This document shows positions 21,801 to 32,456 of a stretch of 64,000 nt of DNA, piece by piece. The notes under the pieces are model-generated. The model worked only from the letters and a program-made list of their open reading frames with translations, searched no databases and was not told the DNA's origin. How positions within the stretch are numbered: position 1 is the first letter of the stretch; each line of letters opens with the position of its first letter. This stretch comes from Diplonema japonicum (Eukaryota; Protista; Euglenozoa: Diplonemea): positions 744,001 through 808,000 of the forward strand of contig OZ025648.1 in the NCBI GenBank assembly GCA_964019335.1, given 5' to 3'. Made by a program: the position numbers and the translations under genes.

Positions 21801-22173
21801 GGACACGAACGCGGACGTGCGGGAGGTGATCAACGAGGCAAGAGGGGGCGGGTTCGGGGTGGAGCTGAGGCTGGGTGGCGGGGGCCACGACCACTACATC
21901 AAGATCGAGCCGGAGGAGCTGGAGCAGGCCCGGGCCGGGACCAAGACAGAGTTCCTGAAGATCAGCGACACACGCAACGCCCACGCCCACACCGTGATGG
22001 TGGTATACGACCGCACTGCAAAGAAGTGGAACCTCAAGGCATGCAATCAGAACAACAACTTCGTCCCTTGCCCAGCCAGCGTCATCGCCTCCGGTGGCTG
22101 CGCCTCGTCCCCCGTCAACTGCTGCGCAGGGAAGTGCCCCGACGGACACTTCTACCTCGCACCGCCATTCTGA
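18886..22173 (+). CDS. Same secreted protein, array copy 2 (1095 aa)
   Basis: Translation identical to copy 1 except the start (MSF vs MTSF). Confidence 0.88.
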   Translation: MSFTRVGTVLAVASMVGCQCTGMGGPWYDSATEDVMTVSEAGCVLSSKYGKVRVTGKKVSPEGGLLAAIGVEGQWDSFGSRIKWSNGVTWTKKVGTEELLTELRDLKDKHSDAMGRIDALETTVTRLSSCCNSTSPGTPTSPADVDALKQSLDDLSERVDLLNKSRTGPAGRDGYCMTTPNTTEVYVPKQVFVHNRYTPTSTCTGETVNDDGCRWSFHMEKVLNIRVGDTLVFWRHDSKVHDLWEFQTEAAFDGCDFSKATLRVGSTEFASFEDTRNYTMTFTAAGDHFFGAKFPDSMVTNEVKKRELCWDPTDPPTGAVAGQMLGFGEGSKITIRVLDPTKEEMVTCPLYDPSKYGVKDGKAADSESVEKLKGTVAALGRQLILAEARTAERVREQGQSGLTLTRSVEQGSDAYYEPSYGSMGAANIHNHANTHHTIGLGEFGAVLNGVQFTTRHNDYSLVQPDPTLSPDDYKSEWPPKASAIEGPEVPPAVLGAGTVPEQVAEMREWFKAFHTQNKTHRNYPDYFKPVLCYLEGTWAEPAEEVAEPFNSERHHIDADSWMDLHEKLNFMFNNGQKHILENLAFLPTAIRGIREGTVFEPREAQWFYRISCRPVKNDIPTERFRVKNDLHVQMKQYKPATRKELGSTPHALFEMNPKLQADWAPGAKWKRGATTMEYVDELMSDIPGFDGPQASLMTDESFGVLCETLNGTTTLDTARYTRHFSLGHIDAMGRTAKRRGFNDYLFAAQTTHPKVSPLTTCGNPDFDGRNTVAPDPVDTARQAECQKITTREGCTTTWEAAEVKAAEGAKCSWAGAKVGCIYKKCWTQRWSYAIPLEVVYLTPLLKWNPYNIEYHEKKTPGYDAVKKMTTNTGLSPGTPFKGSRQDLFFRTPAELFKDQLHPDPADSSGGETFVEDKNGVVRKTRASGTWVFTPEIEGVGAVRTRYPVFPVHEHGNTVWKEAKAVADLVMMKDTNADVREVINEARGGGFGVELRLGGGGHDHYIKIEPEELEQARAGTKTEFLKISDTRNAHAHTVMVVYDRTAKKWNLKACNQNNNFVPCPASVIASGGCASSPVNCCAGKCPDGHFYLAPPF

Positions 22174-23495
22174 TAGAGGCCATAGTGATGAAGTGAAGGG
22201 GAAAAAAAAAAAGTAAAACGAATCATAAACCAATTCCTGTATTTTTTTTTCTTCCGATTATGTTTTTCTTTCCATTCGTTTTCTTCCCCCTCCAAGTTTC
22301 ATTTGTTTTTGAACGGCTGTAGCTGTGATGTAGCATGAGCTTAAGGTTCGCTGTTCGTGTATCACCAACCCCAGTTTTTTTTTTGTTCTTGGATAATCAA
22401 GTAAGACTGGTTTGGGGTTCTATTGTTTAAGAAGAAGAAAAAAAAGAGAAACAAATGATGAATAAAGACAAAGGAGAGGAAAGGAGGCAGAAGAGAAGGG
22501 AAAAGAAAACCAACAAAAAAAGAAGAAGAAAAAAGATAGCGTTGTAATTTTAATTTTACCCTCTAATATATCCACACAGAGCTCTTGGGTGGGCTTTGGG
22601 AATTTTTGGATGTCAGTTGAAGATTTAGATTTTAGAATCCAGCCTTTTTAGGTGTGAATTTTGATTCTTATGATTAAAAAAAAGAACAAAGAACAAAGCA
22701 GGATATTCCAGAACACATGGTTTAAAAAAAGAAGAAGAAGAAAATGGGGGAAAACAAAGCAGCCATTGTGGATTGGTGTTGTGGGTTGCTGCTAACACTT
22801 CCCACCCTGTGACAATTTTATCTCCCCCCCTTTATTTTTGCGGCATTATCTTTGATGTCATAACTTTGCAAATATTCCTCTTTTTTTTTTAATATTTTTA
22901 TTTTATTTATTTTCTATTTATTCCCTCCCTCCTATCTCTGCTAAAAGAAGAAGAAAATGTAAAGAAAATAAAGAGAAAAACAAAAGGGATAACCTCTGCT
23001 GGATTTGCTTTTTTTTTTTCTTCTTTCTTTTTCCCTTTTTTTTAAATGCATGCTTGTACCCCCCCCCTTCATTCCGAGGCCTTGTGGTCAGAGATCGAGT
23101 GTAAAACAAAAACTGAAGGAAGGAAAAGGAAAAAAAATCTGAAGAGGGAAAACCCCCCCCCCCGAAAAAGAAGAAAGAAGCGTCGTGGTAACGCAAAAAT
23201 CGTAAAATAATTTCTGTTTTTTTGCTGTTATCCTCTCCTTCTTCCTCTTCTTCTTCTTCTCCTTCTTCATCCTTCCCTTACCTTTCTTTCTATTCCTCTT
23301 CTTTTATTTCAAGATAAACATGAAAAAAAAGGACTAAGAAAATACCAATAAAATGGCGTCATAAAACGCCACACTCGAGACCTCCTCCTTCGCTTCCCCT
23401 TCCCCTTCCCCACTTACTACCGTGTTGAGCATTATTTACCTTTTTCTTCCGTTTTAGTTCAAAAAAAAGAATCAAAAAAAATCAGAAGACACACG

Positions 23496-26400
23496 ATGAG
23501 CTTCACACGGGTCGGCACTGTGCTTGCAGTGGCCAGCATGGTGGGGTGCCAGTGCACCGGGATGGGTGGCCCATGGTACGACTCCGCAACAGAGGACGTG
23601 ATGACGGTGAGCGAAGCGGGGTGCGTGCTGAGCAGCAAGTACGGAAAGGTTCGCGTGACGGGGAAGAAGGTGTCCCCCGAGGGAGGACTGCTTGCCGCTA
23701 TCGGTGTGGAGGGCCAGTGGGACTCCTTCGGCTCGCGCATCAAGTGGAGCAACGGGGTGACGTGGACGAAGAAGGTCGGCACCGAGGAGCTGCTGACGGA
23801 GCTGCGGGACCTGAAGGACAAGCACTCCGACGCGATGGGCAGGATCGACGCTCTTGAGACGACCGTGACGCGTCTCTCGTCGTGCTGCAACTCCACTTCA
23901 CCTGGGACGCCCACTTCCCCTGCTGATGTCGATGCCCTGAAGCAGTCCCTTGACGACCTGAGCGAGCGGGTGGACCTCCTGAACAAGTCGCGCACCGGCC
24001 CCGCAGGCCGCGACGGCTACTGCATGACCACCCCGAACACCACCGAGGTCTACGTCCCGAAGCAGGTCTTCGTCCACAACAGATACACCCCGACCTCGAC
24101 CTGCACAGGGGAGACCGTCAACGATGACGGCTGCCGCTGGTCCTTCCACATGGAGAAGGTGCTGAACATCAGGGTGGGCGACACACTTGTCTTCTGGCGC
24201 CACGACTCGAAGGTGCACGACCTGTGGGAGTTCCAGACAGAGGCCGCCTTCGACGGATGCGACTTCTCAAAGGCGACCCTGCGTGTCGGCTCCACCGAGT
24301 TCGCCAGCTTTGAAGACACCAGAAACTACACCATGACCTTCACTGCTGCGGGAGACCACTTCTTCGGGGCGAAGTTCCCCGACTCAATGGTCACCAACGA
24401 GGTGAAGAAGAGGGAGCTGTGCTGGGATCCTACAGACCCCCCCACCGGGGCTGTCGCGGGGCAGATGCTCGGGTTTGGTGAGGGCTCGAAGATCACGATC
24501 CGTGTCCTGGACCCCACGAAGGAGGAGATGGTGACTTGCCCGCTTTACGACCCCTCGAAGTACGGTGTGAAGGACGGGAAGGCCGCCGACTCGGAGTCTG
24601 TGGAGAAGCTGAAGGGGACGGTGGCCGCCTTGGGGCGCCAGCTCATCTTGGCGGAGGCGAGGACGGCGGAGCGGGTGCGCGAGCAAGGGCAGTCCGGGCT
24701 GACGCTGACACGGTCTGTGGAGCAAGGCTCCGACGCCTACTACGAGCCGAGCTACGGGTCGATGGGGGCGGCGAACATCCACAACCACGCGAACACACAC
24801 CACACGATAGGCCTCGGGGAGTTCGGGGCTGTCCTGAACGGTGTGCAGTTCACGACACGCCACAACGACTACTCCTTGGTGCAGCCCGACCCGACGCTGA
24901 GCCCCGACGACTACAAGAGCGAGTGGCCCCCGAAGGCCTCTGCGATCGAAGGCCCGGAGGTTCCTCCGGCGGTGCTGGGCGCTGGGACGGTCCCCGAACA
25001 GGTGGCCGAGATGAGGGAGTGGTTCAAGGCCTTCCACACGCAGAACAAGACGCACCGGAACTACCCCGACTACTTCAAACCTGTGTTGTGCTACCTCGAG
25101 GGGACGTGGGCGGAGCCAGCGGAGGAGGTGGCGGAACCCTTCAACTCCGAGAGGCACCACATCGACGCCGACTCGTGGATGGACCTGCACGAGAAGCTGA
25201 ACTTCATGTTCAACAATGGACAGAAGCACATCCTGGAGAACCTTGCCTTCCTCCCGACCGCGATCCGCGGGATCCGCGAGGGGACCGTGTTCGAGCCACG
25301 CGAGGCACAATGGTTCTACAGGATCTCCTGCAGGCCGGTGAAGAACGATATCCCGACAGAGCGGTTCAGGGTGAAGAACGACCTGCACGTGCAGATGAAG
25401 CAGTACAAACCTGCGACGAGGAAGGAGCTCGGCTCGACCCCTCACGCCTTGTTTGAGATGAACCCGAAGCTGCAGGCGGACTGGGCACCCGGGGCGAAGT
25501 GGAAAAGAGGCGCCACTACAATGGAGTACGTGGACGAACTGATGTCGGACATCCCTGGGTTTGACGGACCACAGGCGTCACTCATGACGGACGAGTCGTT
25601 CGGGGTGCTGTGCGAGACGCTGAACGGGACGACAACACTCGACACGGCGCGGTACACGCGACACTTCTCCCTCGGGCACATCGACGCAATGGGGCGGACC
25701 GCGAAGAGGCGTGGCTTCAACGACTACCTCTTCGCGGCGCAGACGACGCACCCGAAGGTGTCGCCCTTGACGACCTGTGGGAACCCCGACTTCGACGGGA
25801 GGAACACGGTGGCCCCGGACCCGGTGGACACAGCGAGGCAGGCAGAGTGCCAGAAGATCACGACGAGGGAGGGGTGCACGACGACCTGGGAGGCGGCGGA
25901 GGTGAAGGCGGCGGAAGGGGCGAAGTGCTCATGGGCCGGGGCGAAGGTCGGCTGCATCTACAAGAAGTGCTGGACGCAGCGCTGGTCGTACGCGATCCCC
26001 CTCGAGGTCGTGTACCTCACCCCACTCCTGAAGTGGAACCCTTACAACATCGAGTACCACGAGAAGAAGACCCCCGGCTACGACGCGGTGAAGAAGATGA
26101 CAACGAACACAGGGCTCTCTCCAGGGACACCCTTCAAGGGAAGCAGGCAGGACCTGTTCTTCAGAACCCCTGCAGAGCTGTTCAAGGATCAACTGCACCC
26201 GGACCCCGCCGACTCGTCGGGGGGCGAGACCTTCGTGGAGGACAAGAACGGGGTGGTGAGGAAGACGCGGGCCTCGGGGACCTGGGTGTTCACCCCGGAG
26301 ATCGAAGGGGTGGGGGCCGTGCGGACGAGGTACCCCGTGTTCCCTGTCCACGAGCATGGGAACACGGTCTGGAAGGAGGCAAAGGCTGTGGCGGACCTGG

Positions 26401-26783
26401 TGATGATGAAGGACACGAACGCGGACGTGCGGGAGGTGATCAACGAGGCAAGAGGGGGCGGGTTCGGGGTGGAGCTGAGGCTGGGTGGCGGGGGCCACGA
26501 CCACTACATCAAGATCGAGCCGGAGGAGCTGGAGCAGGCCCGGGCCGGGACCAAGACAGAGTTCCTGAAGATCAGCGACACACGCAACGCCCACGCCCAC
26601 ACCGTGATGGTGGTATACGACCGCACTGCAAAGAAGTGGAACCTCAAGGCATGCAATCAGAACAACAACTTCGTCCCTTGCCCAGCCAGCGTCATCGCCT
26701 CCGGTGGCTGCGCCTCGTCCCCCGTCAACTGCTGCGCAGGGAAGTGCCCCGACGGACACTTCTACCTCGCACCGCCATTCTGA
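23496..26783 (+). CDS. Same secreted protein, array copy 3 (1095 aa)
   Basis: Translation identical to copy 2, offset exactly 4610 bp. Confidence 0.88.
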   Translation: MSFTRVGTVLAVASMVGCQCTGMGGPWYDSATEDVMTVSEAGCVLSSKYGKVRVTGKKVSPEGGLLAAIGVEGQWDSFGSRIKWSNGVTWTKKVGTEELLTELRDLKDKHSDAMGRIDALETTVTRLSSCCNSTSPGTPTSPADVDALKQSLDDLSERVDLLNKSRTGPAGRDGYCMTTPNTTEVYVPKQVFVHNRYTPTSTCTGETVNDDGCRWSFHMEKVLNIRVGDTLVFWRHDSKVHDLWEFQTEAAFDGCDFSKATLRVGSTEFASFEDTRNYTMTFTAAGDHFFGAKFPDSMVTNEVKKRELCWDPTDPPTGAVAGQMLGFGEGSKITIRVLDPTKEEMVTCPLYDPSKYGVKDGKAADSESVEKLKGTVAALGRQLILAEARTAERVREQGQSGLTLTRSVEQGSDAYYEPSYGSMGAANIHNHANTHHTIGLGEFGAVLNGVQFTTRHNDYSLVQPDPTLSPDDYKSEWPPKASAIEGPEVPPAVLGAGTVPEQVAEMREWFKAFHTQNKTHRNYPDYFKPVLCYLEGTWAEPAEEVAEPFNSERHHIDADSWMDLHEKLNFMFNNGQKHILENLAFLPTAIRGIREGTVFEPREAQWFYRISCRPVKNDIPTERFRVKNDLHVQMKQYKPATRKELGSTPHALFEMNPKLQADWAPGAKWKRGATTMEYVDELMSDIPGFDGPQASLMTDESFGVLCETLNGTTTLDTARYTRHFSLGHIDAMGRTAKRRGFNDYLFAAQTTHPKVSPLTTCGNPDFDGRNTVAPDPVDTARQAECQKITTREGCTTTWEAAEVKAAEGAKCSWAGAKVGCIYKKCWTQRWSYAIPLEVVYLTPLLKWNPYNIEYHEKKTPGYDAVKKMTTNTGLSPGTPFKGSRQDLFFRTPAELFKDQLHPDPADSSGGETFVEDKNGVVRKTRASGTWVFTPEIEGVGAVRTRYPVFPVHEHGNTVWKEAKAVADLVMMKDTNADVREVINEARGGGFGVELRLGGGGHDHYIKIEPEELEQARAGTKTEFLKISDTRNAHAHTVMVVYDRTAKKWNLKACNQNNNFVPCPASVIASGGCASSPVNCCAGKCPDGHFYLAPPF

Positions 26784-28105
26784 TAGAGGCCATAGTGATG
26801 AAGTGAAGGGGAAAAAAAAAAAGTAAAACGAATCATAAACCAATTCCTGTATTTTTTTTTCTTCCGATTATGTTTTTCTTTCCATTCGTTTTCTTCCCCC
26901 TCCAAGTTTCATTTGTTTTTGAACGGCTGTAGCTGTGATGTAGCATGAGCTTAAGGTTCGCTGTTCGTGTATCACCAACCCCAGTTTTTTTTTTGTTCTT
27001 GGATAATCAAGTAAGACTGGTTTGGGGTTCTATTGTTTAAGAAGAAGAAAAAAAAGAGAAACAAATGATGAATAAAGACAAAGGAGAGGAAAGGAGGCAG
27101 AAGAGAAGGGAAAAGAAAACCAACAAAAAAAGAAGAAGAAAAAAGATAGCGTTGTAATTTTAATTTTACCCTCTAATATATCCACACAGAGCTCTTGGGT
27201 GGGCTTTGGGAATTTTTGGATGTCAGTTGAAGATTTAGATTTTAGAATCCAGCCTTTTTAGGTGTGAATTTTGATTCTTATGATTAAAAAAAAGAACAAA
27301 GAACAAAGCAGGATATTCCAGAACACATGGTTTAAAAAAAGAAGAAGAAGAAAATGGGGGAAAACAAAGCAGCCATTGTGGATTGGTGTTGTGGGTTGCT
27401 GCTAACACTTCCCACCCTGTGACAATTTTATCTCCCCCCCTTTATTTTTGCGGCATTATCTTTGATGTCATAACTTTGCAAATATTCCTCTTTTTTTTTT
27501 AATATTTTTATTTTATTTATTTTCTATTTATTCCCTCCCTCCTATCTCTGCTAAAAGAAGAAGAAAATGTAAAGAAAATAAAGAGAAAAACAAAAGGGAT
27601 AACCTCTGCTGGATTTGCTTTTTTTTTTTCTTCTTTCTTTTTCCCTTTTTTTTAAATGCATGCTTGTACCCCCCCCCTTCATTCCGAGGCCTTGTGGTCA
27701 GAGATCGAGTGTAAAACAAAAACTGAAGGAAGGAAAAGGAAAAAAAATCTGAAGAGGGAAAACCCCCCCCCCCGAAAAAGAAGAAAGAAGCGTCGTGGTA
27801 ACGCAAAAATCGTAAAATAATTTCTGTTTTTTTGCTGTTATCCTCTCCTTCTTCCTCTTCTTCTTCTTCTCCTTCTTCATCCTTCCCTTACCTTTCTTTC
27901 TATTCCTCTTCTTTTATTTCAAGATAAACATGAAAAAAAAGGACTAAGAAAATACCAATAAAATGGCGTCATAAAACGCCACACTCGAGACCTCCTCCTT
28001 CGCTTCCCCTTCCCCTTCCCCACTTACTACCGTGTTGAGCATTATTTACCTTTTTCTTCCGTTTTAGTTCAAAAAAAAGAATCAAAAAAAATCAGAAGAC
28101 ACACG

Positions 28106-31100
28106 ATGAGCTTCACACGGGTCGGCACTGTGCTTGCAGTGGCCAGCATGGTGGGGTGCCAGTGCACCGGGATGGGTGGCCCATGGTACGACTCCGCAAC
28201 AGAGGACGTGATGACGGTGAGCGAAGCGGGGTGCGTGCTGAGCAGCAAGTACGGAAAGGTTCGCGTGACGGGGAAGAAGGTGTCCCCCGAGGGAGGACTG
28301 CTTGCCGCTATCGGTGTGGAGGGCCAGTGGGACTCCTTCGGCTCGCGCATCAAGTGGAGCAACGGGGTGACGTGGACGAAGAAGGTCGGCACCGAGGAGC
28401 TGCTGACGGAGCTGCGGGACCTGAAGGACAAGCACTCCGACGCGATGGGCAGGATCGACGCTCTTGAGACGACCGTGACGCGTCTCTCGTCGTGCTGCAA
28501 CTCCACTTCACCTGGGACGCCCACTTCCCCTGCTGATGTCGATGCCCTGAAGCAGTCCCTTGACGACCTGAGCGAGCGGGTGGACCTCCTGAACAAGTCG
28601 CGCACCGGCCCCGCAGGCCGCGACGGCTACTGCATGACCACCCCGAACACCACCGAGGTCTACGTCCCGAAGCAGGTCTTCGTCCACAACAGATACACCC
28701 CGACCTCGACCTGCACAGGGGAGACCGTCAACGATGACGGCTGCCGCTGGTCCTTCCACATGGAGAAGGTGCTGAACATCAGGGTGGGCGACACACTTGT
28801 CTTCTGGCGCCACGACTCGAAGGTGCACGACCTGTGGGAGTTCCAGACAGAGGCCGCCTTCGACGGATGCGACTTCTCAAAGGCGACCCTGCGTGTCGGC
28901 TCCACCGAGTTCGCCAGCTTTGAAGACACCAGAAACTACACCATGACCTTCACTGCTGCGGGAGACCACTTCTTCGGGGCGAAGTTCCCCGACTCAATGG
29001 TCACCAACGAGGTGAAGAAGAGGGAGCTGTGCTGGGATCCTACAGACCCCCCCACCGGGGCTGTCGCGGGGCAGATGCTCGGGTTTGGTGAGGGCTCGAA
29101 GATCACGATCCGTGTCCTGGACCCCACGAAGGAGGAGATGGTGACTTGCCCGCTTTACGACCCCTCGAAGTACGGTGTGAAGGACGGGAAGGCCGCCGAC
29201 TCGGAGTCTGTGGAGAAGCTGAAGGGGACGGTGGCCGCCTTGGGGCGCCAGCTCATCTTGGCGGAGGCGAGGACGGCGGAGCGGGTGCGCGAGCAAGGGC
29301 AGTCCGGGCTGACGCTGACACGGTCTGTGGAGCAAGGCTCCGACGCCTACTACGAGCCGAGCTACGGGTCGATGGGGGCGGCGAACATCCACAACCACGC
29401 GAACACACACCACACGATAGGCCTCGGGGAGTTCGGGGCTGTCCTGAACGGTGTGCAGTTCACGACACGCCACAACGACTACTCCTTGGTGCAGCCCGAC
29501 CCGACGCTGAGCCCCGACGACTACAAGAGCGAGTGGCCCCCGAAGGCCTCTGCGATCGAAGGCCCGGAGGTTCCTCCGGCGGTGCTGGGCGCTGGGACGG
29601 TCCCCGAACAGGTGGCCGAGATGAGGGAGTGGTTCAAGGCCTTCCACACGCAGAACAAGACGCACCGGAACTACCCCGACTACTTCAAACCTGTGTTGTG
29701 CTACCTCGAGGGGACGTGGGCGGAGCCAGCGGAGGAGGTGGCGGAACCCTTCAACTCCGAGAGGCACCACATCGACGCCGACTCGTGGATGGACCTGCAC
29801 GAGAAGCTGAACTTCATGTTCAACAATGGACAGAAGCACATCCTGGAGAACCTTGCCTTCCTCCCGACCGCGATCCGCGGGATCCGCGAGGGGACCGTGT
29901 TCGAGCCACGCGAGGCACAATGGTTCTACAGGATCTCCTGCAGGCCGGTGAAGAACGATATCCCGACAGAGCGGTTCAGGGTGAAGAACGACCTGCACGT
30001 GCAGATGAAGCAGTACAAACCTGCGACGAGGAAGGAGCTCGGCTCGACCCCTCACGCCTTGTTTGAGATGAACCCGAAGCTGCAGGCGGACTGGGCACCC
30101 GGGGCGAAGTGGAAAAGAGGCGCCACTACAATGGAGTACGTGGACGAACTGATGTCGGACATCCCTGGGTTTGACGGACCACAGGCGTCACTCATGACGG
30201 ACGAGTCGTTCGGGGTGCTGTGCGAGAACGTAAACGGGACGGCAACACTCGACACATCACGGTACACGCGACACTTCTCTCAGGCAGGCATTGACGCAAT
30301 GGGCCGCACAGGCAAGAGGCGTGGCTTCAACGACTACCTCTTCGCAGCACAGACGACGCACCCGAAGGTGTCGCCCTTGTCAACCTGTGGGAACCCCGAC
30401 CTCGACGGGAGGGGCGCGGTGGCCCCCAACGCTGACGACCAAGCAAGGCAGACAGAGTGTGCATCCATCTTCGAGAGGAAACTGTGCGTCGTGAAGACCT
30501 GGGAAGGAAACGAAGTACAAGGAGCGGAAAGCGCAAAGTGCTCATGGCTTGGCTTAGCTGCCGGCGGCTGCATCTACAAGAAGTGCTGGACGCAGCGCTG
30601 GTCGTACGCGATCCCCCTCGAGGTCGTGTACCTCACCCCACTCCTGAAGTGGAACCCTTACAACATCGAGTACCACGAGAAGAAGACCCCCGGCTACGAC
30701 GCGGTGAAGAAGATGACAACGAACACAGGGCTCTCTCCAGGGACACCCTTCAAGGGAAGCAGGCAGGACCTGTTCTTCAGAACCCCTGCAGAGCTGTTCA
30801 AGGATCAACTGCACCCGGACCCCGCCGACTCGTCGGGGGGCGAGACCTTCGTGGAGGACAAGAACGGGGTGGTGAGGAAGACGCGGGCCTCGGGGACCTG
30901 GGTGTTCACCCCGGAGATCGAAGGGGTGGGGGCCGTGCGGACGAGGTACCCCGTGTTCCCTGTCCACGAGCATGGGAACACGGTCTGGAAGGAGGCAAAG
31001 GCTGTGGCGGACCTGGTGATGGGCGACAAGAGTGGTTACGTAAACAGGATCATCAACGAGCCAAGAGGGGGCGGGTTCGGGGTGGAGCTGAGGCTGGGTG

Positions 31101-31396
31101 GCGGGGGCCACGACCACTATGTTCGCGTTGAGCCGGAGGAGCTGGAGCAGGCACTGGCTGGGACCAAGACAGACTTCTTGAAGGTGAGCACAGAAAGCAA
31201 CGCCCACGCCCACACCGTCCACATTCAGTACGACGGTGCTGCAAAGACATGGAAAATACTCACATGCACTCAGGAGGGAAATTGGGTCGCTTGCCCAAGC
31301 GGTGTGTTCCTCTCTGGGGGTTGTGCTGCTTCACCTGTTGATTGCTGTGCTCATAAATGCCCAGATGGGCACTCAACCTTGGGAACGTCTTTCTAA
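28106..31396 (+). CDS. Divergent paralog/mosaic, array copy 4 (1096 aa)
   Basis: Matches the other copies up to 30227, diverges at 30228-30564 and 31022-31396, and matches in between. Confidence 0.88.
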   Translation: MSFTRVGTVLAVASMVGCQCTGMGGPWYDSATEDVMTVSEAGCVLSSKYGKVRVTGKKVSPEGGLLAAIGVEGQWDSFGSRIKWSNGVTWTKKVGTEELLTELRDLKDKHSDAMGRIDALETTVTRLSSCCNSTSPGTPTSPADVDALKQSLDDLSERVDLLNKSRTGPAGRDGYCMTTPNTTEVYVPKQVFVHNRYTPTSTCTGETVNDDGCRWSFHMEKVLNIRVGDTLVFWRHDSKVHDLWEFQTEAAFDGCDFSKATLRVGSTEFASFEDTRNYTMTFTAAGDHFFGAKFPDSMVTNEVKKRELCWDPTDPPTGAVAGQMLGFGEGSKITIRVLDPTKEEMVTCPLYDPSKYGVKDGKAADSESVEKLKGTVAALGRQLILAEARTAERVREQGQSGLTLTRSVEQGSDAYYEPSYGSMGAANIHNHANTHHTIGLGEFGAVLNGVQFTTRHNDYSLVQPDPTLSPDDYKSEWPPKASAIEGPEVPPAVLGAGTVPEQVAEMREWFKAFHTQNKTHRNYPDYFKPVLCYLEGTWAEPAEEVAEPFNSERHHIDADSWMDLHEKLNFMFNNGQKHILENLAFLPTAIRGIREGTVFEPREAQWFYRISCRPVKNDIPTERFRVKNDLHVQMKQYKPATRKELGSTPHALFEMNPKLQADWAPGAKWKRGATTMEYVDELMSDIPGFDGPQASLMTDESFGVLCENVNGTATLDTSRYTRHFSQAGIDAMGRTGKRRGFNDYLFAAQTTHPKVSPLSTCGNPDLDGRGAVAPNADDQARQTECASIFERKLCVVKTWEGNEVQGAESAKCSWLGLAAGGCIYKKCWTQRWSYAIPLEVVYLTPLLKWNPYNIEYHEKKTPGYDAVKKMTTNTGLSPGTPFKGSRQDLFFRTPAELFKDQLHPDPADSSGGETFVEDKNGVVRKTRASGTWVFTPEIEGVGAVRTRYPVFPVHEHGNTVWKEAKAVADLVMGDKSGYVNRIINEPRGGGFGVELRLGGGGHDHYVRVEPEELEQALAGTKTDFLKVSTESNAHAHTVHIQYDGAAKTWKILTCTQEGNWVACPSGVFLSGGCAASPVDCCAHKCPDGHSTLGTSF

Positions 31397-32456
31397 AGGG
31401 TTAACCCCCCCCCCCCCCCCCACCCCCCTCCCCACCTGCTGATTCTTGTCTGGATGTTCTTTGATTCTTTTGATCCCGCGATTTTTTTAAAGTCGCGCTT
31501 TTCTTCTCTATTTCTTCGTCCCCTAGCTTTTTTTTTTTTTCTCAGTAACCTTTTTGGTTTAAAAATATGAATTTGAACGTCTGGATTTTTTTTATCTCTG
31601 TCAGAACAGAAGAAAGAAACAGGGGAAAATAAAGCAAAAAAAAAAAAAGAAAAAAAAAAAAAAAAACTGTATTTTATGTGTTGACCAAACGTGCAAAAAA
31701 GAAAAGAAAAAATAGAAAGAAAGAAAAACAAAGTTGCATCTTCTATTCTATTATTTTTTTTCGAAGTCTCCCCCCCCCCAAAAAAAAAACGAGGGTGTAA
31801 AGGGATGAAGCATTAATGTGTTTCACTCTTGTTCCCCTTTTTTACAAGAAGGGTAAGGGCGGGGGGGCAGGGGCGATTTTTTTTTTACTAGCAAGCAAAC
31901 TTCTTCGATTTCTTCTTCGTTTTGCTGTGGCTAGTCTTTTTGGGAAAGCGGTCACTGTCGCATCTTTCATCCTCTGATGCTGTGTTGGTCTTAAATGTAA
32001 GTATCCCCCTTTTTTTGAAGCGTCCTGCCATATACTGCAGGTACCCTTAAACGTCTCTTTTTTTTTCACCTTCCAACTAGAGATATGAGGTGATAACTCC
32101 CCCTGCTTCCGGTAGTGGGTCTTCGTTCCCTTTCTCTTTATGCGCCCTTCCATTTTATCTAGCTCCTTTGAAGAATGTAACACTTCAGCTTTCTTTTATT
32201 TTATAAGTTGGCTCTCTCTCTTTAAAAAAAAAAAGGTCTCTCTCTTTCTTTTTCCTTTATTTATTTCTTGCGGTATCCTTGTTGTGCCTTTCTCCCCCCC
32301 CCCCCCCCCCTTCTTAAACCGGTGTGCAATTTTTTTTCTTCCCCCTTCCCCCTTTTTTTTTAAAAAAGATTTATTCTTTCAGAATACAAAAATACACCCC
32401 ACCACCACCACCACACATTACACCCTCACACCCCAGAATTTAAAAAAAAAAAAAAA

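Larger units (their letters stand above)
14278..31021 (+). repeat. Tandem gene array, 4610-bp unit (gene + ~1.3-kb spacer)
   Basis: ORFs in the track recur at +4610 offsets, and the three spacers look identical by eye. Confidence 0.97.
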
